Below, one piece after another: positions 43,544 to 56,400 of a stretch of DNA of 64,000 nucleotides (positions are counted from its first letter, which is position 1; every line of letters starts with the position of its first letter). The notes under the pieces are model-generated. The model did not search any database. It had not been told where the DNA came from and saw only the letters and a program-made list of their open reading frames with translations. This DNA is from Adineta vaga. Taxonomy: Eukaryota > Animalia > Rotifera. The position numbers and the translations under genes were made by a program. The stretch spans positions 8,990,001-9,054,000 of the forward strand of contig CP075495.1 in assembly GCA_021613535.1 (NCBI GenBank), given 5' to 3'.

Positions 43544-44701
43544 TTAAGGTGCTTGAAGTTTAGATGCAAGTGTAGGTTCAGCAGTCCAACTTTGTTCAAC
43601 AGTCATTTTCACGCGTTTCTCATATTCACGACGATTAGTTTGATAAAGATTCGCTGCTTCAGAATTGGCTGGTGACGAAACATTTGGTTCATCGAGTAAT
43701 GACTGAAAATTATTCGAAAAAAAAACAAACATTAATATTCTTATTTATTATTCATTTGAATTGTTTACTTGAATCGAAGTGAGAATAGCTGAAACATCAT
43801 ATGTTGGTGACCAACGATTTTGAAGAATATCAAGGCAAATTCCACCATCACCATAGACTATTCTCAAAAAATAGTAATAAATGGAAAAACGATTAACTAA
43901 AGTATTTTACCATTTGGATGAAACATTTTTGATGTAAATCGAACAGATGGTGGTTTATTTGGATAAGATTCTGTAAATTCTAAGAAATCAATATAAACAT
44001 AGACATTCAAATCATTCTTATGCAAAGAATCTTTCAATATAGCCTTGAGTTTTCCTATGAAAAGGACAGAGATTTACTAAGCTCGAGATATTCGATGAGG
44101 AGATTGTATCCAGAACGAGTTATAATCAAATAAATCATATTTGATTAGTTGTCATTTATAGATAAATAAAGGATATTTTTAACTGAATTATGTGTATTCT
44201 TTATCAGAAGAAAGCAAGAAGAAACAATTAGATTACTCACAGATTTTGTACGAAAATTTATAGATCAACTTCAACTCAGTTAGTTTTAAAAATAGCAACA
44301 GGAAATTAAAACTTCTATCTGTTAGTTTTCCTTTACGAATATTTCTCTTCAACATATAATAATCAATAATTTCACAGATCAATGTTTCGTTGTTTTTTTG
44401 ACCCTTTTGTTTGCAAAAACATACCTAATAATAAACGAAATGTTCCATCTTCAAATGGTGTATCATTTGGTCTAAACAAAAGAAGCGAAAATTTTTTCTT
44501 TTCAATCCAAAGATTTTCTACTTACCCGAGAATAAAAGCATGCCAGATAAGAATATTATCATCGGAAGGTACAGCAGCAATACCAGCTGGCGGATCTTTT
44601 TGTAATCTATAAAAGAAAAGAAATTTTCAATCGAATTAATTCAATTATTGAACTTACTGTTTAAAATCTCGCATCAAACGTAAACGAGATGGAGTTGACA
44701 T
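43544..44701 (-). CDS. UBE2A: Ubiquitin-conjugating enzyme E2 RAD6 (UBE2A/B)
   Basis: [38 protein letters not shown]|[37 protein letters not shown]. Catalytic Cys present. Confidence 0.97.
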
Positions 44702-44790
44702 TCTTTTTTTTCTCAAACAAAAAAAATTATCTGAAAAAAAAAATCATATTTCTGAGATTCTCTTTCTTTTCACAAAAAGCAAATATTTAA

Positions 44791-46358
44791 TTAAACTCTT
44801 CCACGAATTTTATGATGCCTAAAAGAAAACCAATTCAATTCAAAAATACATGATCAAAAAAAACAAACCATTCATATTTTGCATCTTTCAACCAACGTTG
44901 AAATATTGGTGTTAAATAATTTCCTAGAATAATCTGCATTGGATGATAGATTAACAAAGGTATCGTTATAGAACTATTATCAGGAAAGATTGTTTGTAAA
45001 ATAGGCATTCCTATATACATATGAACATGAAGTATTCATCATATGAAATTGCATTGATAATCTACCTGTTGTTAATGACTTTTGACTACCGCAGAATATA
45101 ATTGCAATTGTATCACTTGGACGGATATGAATTTTTTGACAAACAAAAAAAAGAAGACCTATTAAGAACATTTGAATACTAAAAACTAAAATCAAAGAAA
45201 AGAAAAGAAAAAAACAATTCAAAATAACGATGAAATGAGTATTTACTTGTAATAAGTAAAATCAAAAAACTAGTCAATGTTAAATTGATTGAACCACGTT
45301 GTTTGAATGTTTGACAAAATGTTGTATAGATATTCATTAACAATATCCAACTATATGAACAATAAAACAATATTTATCCGATTAACACACCGAATCGATT
45401 ACTTATTGATTGTATTCGAATATGGTAGTGTTCGATTCACAACAAATGGGAAATAGATACGTAAAAACTGTCCAATACCAATTGGTATTAAAATAGTACT
45501 TGAAAGTGATAATAAAACATGAATAAACGACTGTGAACTACTTGTAAATGATCCACCAAGCTATGGATGAAAAAATATATATTTCTATTAGATAGAAAAT
45601 TGGAACATAATTTTTATAATACCGAACCATGATATAAAGAAGAGTAGGCGTAAGTAGAGTACCTAGTAGACTACCAATCGTTGAATTTAACATAGCTATT
45701 GCCTAGAATAACAAATTAATAGCACAAAACATTTGTTTTTTTCCTCTTTTCTTTTTCATTCACTTCATTTCCACCGATAGCTCGAACAACAAAAGCTGCT
45801 GTAGAAACCGGTGATGGTAATGTACCTAACGCTTTTATTCTAGAAATAACGGTTCGAGAATAGTTAATGCTTAATGAATAGAAAAATGAGGAAACATGGA
45901 AATCCTACCCAATCGAAAGTTGATATTGATATGTTGATAATCGATAGACTGTTGATAGTATTAGAAAAAGAATTGGACAAATAAGAAATGAAAAGATTTG
46001 AATAGATAAATGAATGCGATACTGAAGAATGGTTTGATATAATTCCTATTAATTAAATCAAATAATTTGTTCACAAAAACTCAATAGTCATTTTTTTTGT
46101 TCTCACTTCACTTCGTATTGAACAACCATTGAGCAAAAAAATAATCATTGTTCCTAGAAATTTTACAGTTGATTCAGGTTTTAATGGACCTAGAAATGAA
46201 TGTTTTATAATCGATATTTATATATGATTAATTTGGATTAATTAATGACCTTCTTTTGAACCTAATTCTGGATAAATGAAAGCTAATAGAATTGAAAGAA
46301 AAATTCCATACAGAAACCAATATTTTGACAAGTGTGTTTTTCGATTAAGGACAAACAT
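44791..46358 (-). CDS. SLC10A7: Sodium/bile acid cotransporter family member 7 (SBF-like)
   Basis: KYWFLYGI...PELGSKEG|GPLKPE, LPSPVSTAAF...AIGGNE|AIAMLNSTIGSLLG, NIYTTFCQTF, IFCGSQKSLT, PLLIYHPMQIILG. Confidence 0.92.
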
Positions 46359-47076
46359 ATGTCTATATATATATATATATATGTATCTAAAGAATCTAAT
46401 GATAGAAGGCAATCAACAAAACAGCATGGCCAAAAAGACATTTATTTTAATAATTCATTTATTCTTTAAGAGAATCTTTCGTTGTTTGTTAGAAATAATC
46501 TCATTTCCAATCATCTCTCGTCTTGATGTTCTCCTGAGAGAGAGAGAGGGGGGAGAGAAAAGGAAAAGGATCAGCAGTCGAGAATTCAATATAATGAAAA
46601 AAAAAGAAAGAGAGAATAAGAGATCGACGACTGTTTAGTAATTCGGACCTGCGGACGTTTCCGCATATATATTTGCGTAGAATTTTTTTTCTTGTTCTTC
46701 TACTTCTTCATTTCTTTCTTTTCTTTGCTACACGAAGAAAGAAGAGAAAAACACTGATGTAATCAAATTGACTCAAGCGCTCCTTTCGCTATGGCTAGTG
46801 CGTTTTTCTCTTTTTTTTCTTCGTTTGTCACGCACTTCTAGAGGAAATGGATAGAGTGTCTATGTTAGTGCGACTGTTATTAAAATACATTGTGGAGCGA
46901 AGACATTTTGTTATCAGATTCTTTTGACTAATGAATACATGTAAACACGGGTAAGACTATGTTGTAAAATGATGAGTACTACTGAGTGAGAGATAATGTG
47001 ACCACATGTAACATAGTATAGTTCTTCTCTTTTATTTTTTTTTCTCTTTGAGTTCAGCCATCAATAATGCCGTAGA

Positions 47077-47090
47077 GTTTCTCTGACAAC
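47077..47090. promoter_or_regulatory. Candidate RFX X-box (GTTTCTCTGACAAC)
   Basis: 14-bp match to the X-box pattern GTTNCY-NN-RRYAAC, about 200 bp upstream of the ankyrin gene ATG in a divergent intergenic region. Confidence 0.4.
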
Positions 47091-47290
47091 GACGTGTGCA
47101 TACACATACACACGCGCACGCATTTCGAAGTAGAGAAAGCAAAGAACTATCAACAAAAGAAACGAGAAAAGGGAAAGAGAGTTATTTTATGAATCAAAAA
47201 GAAAAAAGAACGTTTCTTTTCCTATATAACAAATAAGTGTTCAGTCATCATTAGTTCTCGTTTTTCTTTTCTTTTCTTTTAGATAGAAAA

Positions 47291-49986
47291 ATGTCTGATG
47301 AGAATAACAATCCTTCTTTATTCGATTTATTAATTCGTACATTCTATCAAGATGATCGTACACAATTCGATATAGAACTTAATCATCTATTAGATCTATC
47401 TCGTACACAAGACATGCGTTTATGTACACAAATTATCCTTCAAGCATATAAACAAAATGAATATGCGTTTCTTGAAGAATTACTTGAAAGAGAAGTGATC
47501 TATAGTGGTATACCTAATCTTACACCATTACATGCCGCATCAGGTTATGCATTATCACGTCTAGTTAAATATCTTCTTGACGAACGAAAAGCAGATCCAA
47601 ATCAAACATGTACATTTGTCAAAAATGATCAACTATCGGGTATAATTATATCACTAAAAAAAAACGAACGAATAAACAAACGAACACAATTCATCTCATA
47701 TTTCTCTCTAGGTATTACTCCACTTCATTTTGCTTGTGGAATAGGACCAGAACATCTTGTTGATGAAACAACTGATACAGTCAAATATTTATTAGCATCC
47801 GGTGCGAATGTTAATGTAGTCACATCACGTCAAGATTCAGCTTTACATTGGGCATCGAAATTTACTAACGAACATATTGTTCAATTATTACTCGAATGTC
47901 AAGCAAATGTTAATGCAATCAATAGTCTTCAATATACACCTCTATGTGGTAAAGTGAGAAGAACTTTTCTTTCGAGAACAAAAAAATGTTTATCAATGAA
48001 AATTTTTGTCTTTTTTTAGAAGCGTGTTTTTATGGAAATTTAGAAATTGTTAAAATTCTCGTTGAACATGGAGCTGATGTTAATGGTAATCAAAATAATG
48101 AACGATCTCCAGGTAAGTTTCGAAATGAATTTCTATTCAAGGTTAAATTTCTATGACTATTTCTTTCTCATGAGATATAGAATGAATAAAAAAAACGTCA
48201 TTCTATTATTAATAAGTTTAATAGAAAAAAATAAATAGAAAAATCATTTACGCGTATGTCAAATCAAGGTCAAAAGTTCTACTAATCTTCAAACGCAAAG
48301 ACATGATCAAATCTGCTATGTCTGGATGTATATATATATTTAGATTCATTATCATTTTCGTCTGACAGGAAGTTTGTTAGCTATAAAATATTAATGAGAC
48401 AAATTTACATATCAATTAATCTGAAAAAGAAAAAAACAGAAGAAGTTATTCATTTCAATTTAAATAAATAAATAAAACTTAGTTTTCTTTGGTCTTAATA
48501 ATATGCGAAGGAAAGTTTTCATCAATAGAAAAAAAAAGAAGCTTCGCTAATTGTTTCAGATACAATGGTCATTTCTTCTTCTTTTATTCTCTTGATTATA
48601 TAAGAAGAATGCTTTGAAAGAGGGAAAAAAAGGAACTTCCTGACATAAAGTTTATAAATTCCGGAATAGAATCGTTGTCTTGTCTGATTAAGAAAACGAC
48701 TTTTTTTCTCGGTTTATATTCTAGTTCATCTTGTCTGTCGTGGTTTGTTAAGTGAACATGATGCACGTCGTACTAGTCCTATGAATGAAATAGTACTCCA
48801 GAAACTTGAACAACGTCTAGAAATTGTTAAATATTTATATTTACATGATGCAGCTATTGATACATTTGATCGAGATGGTCTCACACCATTCATGTATGCA
48901 TGTTCAAGTGGAAATTATTCTTTAGTAAAATACTTACTTGATGAACAAAAAAGTAAAGATGAAACATCAACATCAAGAATAATTAATGAACGATCAAATA
49001 CAGGTGAAACATGTTTAATGTATGCCGTCGAATCAGGTAACGTAGATATCGTTACACTTTTATGTAATCAAGGAGCTAAACTTGATGATCAAAAAAATCC
49101 ATCTTATGTAACTGCTGCTGCATTCTATGGACATAACGATATACTTAAAAAACTCATTGAACTTGGACTTGATATCAATGAATTTGGTATGATAAGAAAA
49201 ATAAAGAAATTTACTATGGTTTCTTTGTTACACTATCAATAATTATCTTTTAGATCAAAATGATGATGGAGTTATTTTCAATCCAATTTATGCTTGTTGT
49301 CATTGCGGGTCAGTAGAATGTCTACAATTATTACTTGAGGCGAAAGCAAAAATTGATTGGAAAACAAGTCAAGGTAATTTGATTATCTTTCTTGTCTAAT
49401 TCGAAATCAATCACTATCTATTTACCCTCTAGGAACAAATCCTCTACATGCCGCTTGCTATTCAGATAAAAGTTCTGTACAACTTGTTGAACTTCTTTGT
49501 CAATATGGACATTTTGATTTAAATGAAAGTACAAATTCAGGTGAAACACCTCTACTCATGGCTATCGAACAAAATGATTATGATTTAGTCGATTATTTAT
49601 TAAGACAAGGCGCCTATCCTGATCGACCTAATCTTGATGAATGCTATCCTATTCATCTAGCTTGTTTTAATGGGCAAGCAAATATTCTTTATCTTCTATT
49701 AGCATTCAATGCAACGATTGAACAATCGAATGAAAATTATCCACATCCATTAGTAATAACAACATATAAACGAGATTTAGTTTCATCGAAATTACTAATC
49801 GAATCAGCGAAATGTTCGGATCGAATTGTTCGTGAAGTCCTAATTGAATCAATCGAAAATGGTTTCGATGAATTAATTGGCGAAATTATTCATATTCGAC
49901 CTCATCTTATTCCAGATGATCTCAAAGATAAAATGACTGATACACTTCTAGCACTTGAACAGCTCAATATTGATTCATCCGCTTAA
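47291..49986 (+). CDS. Multi-ankyrin-repeat protein
   Basis: Repeated TPLH/SALH/TPFM/TCLM ankyrin motifs in ORFs 47291-48019, 48745-49242 and 49558-49986, linked by GT-AG introns. Confidence 0.9.
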
Positions 49987-50491
49987 TTTCTTACAGTAAA
50001 AAAAACCCAAAATATTGATGTCAACGCAAATCGTAAAGAAAACAGTGAAACATATTTTAAAATTCTATTTTTTTCCGTTTTGTTTTCTTCACAAAAAAAA
50101 TCATCTCTATATATGTATATGTATGAAAAGATGTTCAAGCATCAAACAAACAAAGAAAGAAAAAGCAACCAACAAAAAAAAAGATTTTTCTTTTTTTTTC
50201 TTTCAAAACAAACAAAATATATGTATAATGTAAACAGAATGAAATAACAAGAGAATAAATAATAAATTTATATCATAGGCAAGAACATATGAAGTGTAAA
50301 TATTAATTATCAATACATATACATGAAGAAGGGGGAAGAAAGAGAGAATCTATCGCATTTTCTCACATCACTGTAAATAATAAGAGAAAAAGAAAGAGAG
50401 AGAGAGAGAGGAAATTTCGATCATTTGTTTTCTTTCTGACTAGGTGAAAATGCGTACACGATAGGAGAAGTTATTTAATCGAACATTATTT

Positions 50492-53400
50492 TTAAATCGA
50501 ACCCAAATGCCAAACAATAAGATACGAAATATTTCTATTGCTAACAGTCAACTCATCAGATTTCTCATTTGTTGAATCACCAATCCGAAAATCTATATAA
50601 CCATCTCCACCACTTACAACAAGAATATCTCCAAATGCTAATGCAGATGAATCAGTTGTGTTTGATGTCGATGTTGTTGAGATAGATTCAGATGGTGATT
50701 CTTCATCGTGAAGTAATTTTGATGGTGGTTGACCAGGTACGGCAACAAAAAATTTTACAGCATCTCGATAACCATGAAAGGATAATTGGGCATTATTCAT
50801 ACTACAGTAAGGAATATAACTCGTTGGTGATGATGTTTGCTCGTATACGCGGACGACGGAGCCAGGTTTTGTTGTAGTTGAACTAGTTGAAGTTGTTGCA
50901 TCTGGTAAAAAAGAATAAAGATAATACTTTACATAGATGTTTTCAACAAAAATTATCAGATATAAATTATTTTATGATACTTACTATCTGTAAGTGGAAC
51001 AGAAATAATTATTCCATTGCCCGTTCCAATCCATAGACGACGACACGCAATTGTTAATGCACTAATATGAACAAAATACAGGCCAGCTTTTTCCGTTGCT
51101 ACGAAATATGAAAAATCGAGTATATGAATAAATTATAACGAAAACAAACCGATCATCTTTTCTACATAGGGTTGAACGTCAACATCTTGTAAATGTTGAT
51201 ATGTTTGAGCATGATACAATTGTAATGTACTTGATAAACGAATCGATAACCAAACGCCATCACCTGACCATGTCATATGTTGAACTGAATGTTCTGGTCG
51301 AGAATGAACATCGAATTGTTTCTAATCAAAATTCAATATGTAATTGAAAGAAATAGAAATTCTTTTTTTTCAGCCATACTCGAACTTCTAGTGTTTGTGC
51401 ATCAATGACATAAACTCGATTAGCAACACCACACCAAATTGCTCCATCTACATGGATCATACATCGTACTGATTCTCGACTTTTTCCCGTTATAATTAAA
51501 TGAAGATTATTTAAATTCCATGTTCCATCTTTACAAAAAGATAATTTGTTTTTAGAAAGAAACAATATCGTCTTTATCATAATTGTTCGTTTACCTGTAT
51601 TACGATGAAAAACAACGATCTTTTCATTAGCAAGTGAAACAAAAACTCGACCATGAACATGTCTAATAAGAGAAAAAGTTGATCAAATCATCATTTTTCT
51701 TCGAAATATTTCTTACACAATACTATAAATTGCATGACGAAGCCATACTTTTTCAATTGTTTTTCGATGTTCACTCGTAGCTGAATGAATATATAACCAT
51801 CCATCACCTGTTCCCAACCAAACCGTCGGATATTTTGTTGCAGAATTCATTATATTTTCATTTTCAGCTAAACGAAACAAAACAACCATGAAAATTATAT
51901 AAAGTTCTTTTTTTGATATGAAAAAATTCAATTCGAGCAGCTGCAAAGCATTACTATCGCCTCGACGTGCAGTAGTCGACCAAGATAGAAATGTTCTCGA
52001 ACGAGAACGTATTTCTTTTTCTTTAGATCTTTTCTCTTCTATTGAGAAAGAGAACTATCGGAATTCATATTTCAAACATTATGCATACGTTGTTGAGCTG
52101 AATTTCGTTCAGTTGCATATAATTCTGCACCACTAAGTCGATCTATAAAAACATTTTTCTATATCTATGCAATAAGAATAACTAAGAAATCTTACTTCCG
52201 CCAGTAGTTAATGATGAGATTGTACAAGGAGAAACTTTTACATCTAAAATAGTTATTCGAATAGATACAATAGAATAATCTTAATTAAATATTACCGCTT
52301 GCAGATGCCGTATCAGCTTCGAATAGAGTCCATTTAGATTCATCCATTGGTGGATAATCTGTACTAGATGATCCTATCAACAATTTTTTGATTATATTCA
52401 AAATCAATCATGATAGTTTCTTCTTTACCTGGTACACTACCCATTGCATAGACAATCGCATTTCCTAGTGTAAATGTATCGATAATTTTCTCTGCTTTAT
52501 TCGAATCAATAATTGTAATCATTGCTGTATCATTCGATTTAGCAGCAATCCAAATAATTGATGATAATTTCAAACATTGATCATCAACCATTTGATAATA
52601 AGATTCAATTAATTGTTTATTCAATTGATCAACTGATGTTTCATTTGATGTTGCTGTTATTTCATCAATATTCAATGGTGAACCACTCAGATCAATACCA
52701 ACAGCACACCAAATCTGAAGTAATTCAAAGTAATACATTTTCTTAAAAAAAAGAAATTCGAGTTTTTACTTGTGTCGTATCATTTGTATTAAAAATTGGT
52801 CGACAATAAACAGGAACAGGAACATTTACTTGAACTTTTCCGTTGATTTCAGATAATTTCAATTGATTTTTTGATGATAAACTCCAACCATAAGCTTGCA
52901 AACGATTGTCATCATTAATCAAGATTGAACTACCACGACGTGTTGTAGATGATTGTTTTGGTGTATCAATAACTACAGCACTAAATTAGAAGAAAAAAGA
53001 AATCATTGACAGACATATAGATCAGTTTCATCAAGAAATTTATCATAGTTAAAAATAGAGTGAATCAAACCTTTCAGAAATTGATCGATCCAATGGAAGA
53101 GTTTCGTCTATGGTTGTATTTTCATGTCTATTAAGGATAGGTGCAATCTGATCATTTGTTACACTAAGTTTCATTGTTGATGGTGATGATAGATTTGTTG
53201 TTGCTACACGTTTTGGTGGAAGTTCTTTAACACCAGTACCAAATAAACCCGAAAAGCTAGATAATGAAGTAACATGAATGAATCACAATCTTTTTTTTCT
53301 TTAAAATAAACAACATAGTTAACGTCAGTTTTTTTCCCTTACAACTCAGTTATTTGTGTTGTACCCTCTCTCAAATCAGTCTGTATCGCACCAGCATGAG

Positions 53401-56400
53401 AACTTAAAATATTTTTCGGTAACCAATCATTACTAAATACACGCCATAAAGATTTCGAAGTAGTCTTAACCGAATTCATAGATGTTGTCGATGATGTATT
53501 TGTTTGCACTGCTTGACGATAGTAAATTTTTGTTTGTGTACCTTTGCTTCTCATGAGAATTTTCTATAAGGAAAGAGTTTGAATAGACAATTGATTTGTA
53601 TTCTATCAATGATATCGTTCATTTCATGCATAAGTTAGTAAATATGCAAGAGAATGAAGAATGTACCGAACGATTAGATAGAATGCGAATAGATAGGTAC
53701 AACACAAATAATCTGATTTGTCGAAGAAAAATTGATTTCATTCGTTCATTTCTTACTTACAGTTTCCAAAATGTTGTTCGTTTCTTATTTTGTGAATGAT
53801 CAAATGAAGTATCATGAATTGCATTCATACTTGATGATGTATGCATTTGTTCTTGCTTTGATGCACGTAATGCATCATGCCAATGAATAGCTTCTTCAAG
53901 TTCAAATAAACGTTGTTTGTATTGATTACGTTCGAGAAGAACACGTTGCATTTCAACGCGTGTAAAACGCTTTCTATCTGCCGTCGGTACATCTTCCTGA
54001 GAGAATGTAAGAGATGAGAATCAATATTCATGACAGATATATAGATATATAGAAATCAGAGCAAGAGCATCGATCAACTAATTCTTTTTTCAATATACAA
54101 ACTTACAGTCGAAAAAAGCTCATAGATCTAATAGATAGACAGTTGCTATGTTATATTAAATAAATACATGCAAATAGCATGAATGTTAATAAGCTTTCTT
54201 ATATGCTTAGATAAATGAATATGACTTACTTCCTCTTCTTTTTTCTTCTTATTAAGTTCTTCACGTGTTTTACGAAGTTCTTCTTCGACTTCAGTTATTC
54301 TAAAAATTTATAATTTATTTCTTTTTCTTCTAATTAAATCATTCTTATTCGACTAACCTTGATTGTAGTCGACCTTTCACTGTTTGTAATGAATTTACTT
54401 CTTCACGTAACATTTCTTGTTCACTAGAAATGAAAACAATGTAATGATGATGATCACCACGAAAAATATCATCGTCATACTTCGATAATTCTTCGATTTT
54501 TACTAATAAATCATCTTTTAGTACGTTTAATGCATTTCTAAATAAATAAAATATGTAAATATTTCTTTTTTTTAATTAATATAAATCTTTATATACTTTG
54601 TTTCAAGAAGTTCATTGTTTTCTTTGATCAAATTCGACACTTCCTTTGTCATACCTAAATTATTTAATTGTATAAATAAGTATGACTATTTATCTTATTT
54701 AACATATGAAATGGCAACGTTAATATAAAATCTGACAAAGCATTAATGGAAAAACAAATAGAACACATAAGAAGTTTCCTTTATCCCACTTTACAACATG
54801 AAAAATCTCACCATAAAAACTTTGTCGAACTGAATAAGAATCAAAAGTCATGAGAAGTTTTAGAAAACTATCATTTATTTACCGAATAAATCTGCTGATG
54901 CATCCACATCCGATATATCAATATTTTCATTTCGTGTTTCTTTATAAAAGGCTTCTGAATTCTTTCTATATAGATGAAAAACAATATAATTATTTTCGTA
55001 AAATGACAACTTCATTTGTACATACGCATCATCGACAGAGACATCTTCATCGTCATCACTGACTGCCACATCTGTACAAAAACAAAATAGAAAATGTATT
55101 ATTCATAAATAAAAATCATTGAAAATGCCATTAACATGCACATGCAAAGTCATCTCTTGTTCTTTCTTTTCAATGATCGAATTATTAGATCACCTGCTGG
55201 ATTGTTTGCTGATTCGAATTCATCTTCATTATCGAAGAATTGTCGTTCATCGAACGGTTCCGATAGAAGATTGAGACTTCGTAATTTCGAGAATATTCCT
55301 ACAGAGCATGCAACATAGACAGTACAGAACAAAACAAAACATAAATTGATTAGAATAAATATAAAAAGAAAAACAAAATGATTGAATCTATTTTCGAGAC
55401 ACGATGCACACAAAAGCAAAAGCACGAGCAGCAGAAAAGTTCTGTTAAATGGGAGGGGAAGAATAGGTAAGAAAAAATCATCTCAATTTGATGATCATAA
55501 TTATGATCGTGATGTATTAATAATGGCCCTTCCCTCATGCATTTTTTAACTGGTTGGAAATGGTTTTTAAAAAAAGCTGCATTATTGCCAGTCGAAATCA
55601 AACTGTCAATACATGCTGCTACTGCTCGATGTGCTTCTCTCTTACCGCGTGTATATTTTTCAATGTAAGATTTATCGAAATCTAGATTAAATAAGACAAT
55701 TTCGATAAGTATTTCTCATTATTCTCTGTTCCGAATTCCCCATTATATTTCTACACTGAATATGATCACTTTTGTTTTTACATAACGAGCACATTTAAAC
55801 GAACAAATCAACAATATCAATTTTACAATAGCTAGCCGACCTTCTGCATAATCTTTCAATGGCAATTCGTCAGATTTTTTGCCCGAATTCGTTTTGGGTG
55901 TTCTGGATGTAGATTTCGACGATTTAACTGAAAAGTACTGATGTGCATTACAAATCATGCAAGAGTCATAGACAATAATATGAATATATAATAATTTCTC
56001 TTGCATATCATTCATCGTCTACGAAGATAAGATGAATACAGATTTACTTACATTTGTTCGACCAAGTTTCTGCCCAATCACCGTGGGAAACTAAGTTTGA
56101 ATATGAGATTTGTTTTTAAAAGTTAAGTCTTATGTATCCTTTTTTTTCTGTGTTGTTTTTGAGGAAAAAATTGAGAGAAGGAAAAAAAATGAAGTAACGT
56201 ACCTGTATTTACAGCTGCATCACTACTAGTCATTGATTCAGTTTGTGTTTGTGTACCATCTGTAGCTTCAAGTTCAGAACGAAAATTAGCACCAATATTC
56301 GGTTGTTTATAAGATCTACAATTAGAAATGGAAATGGATAAATCAATTTGATGGAAAATAGATAGATATTTACGGGAAGGAAATATCAGCACGTGTAGGA

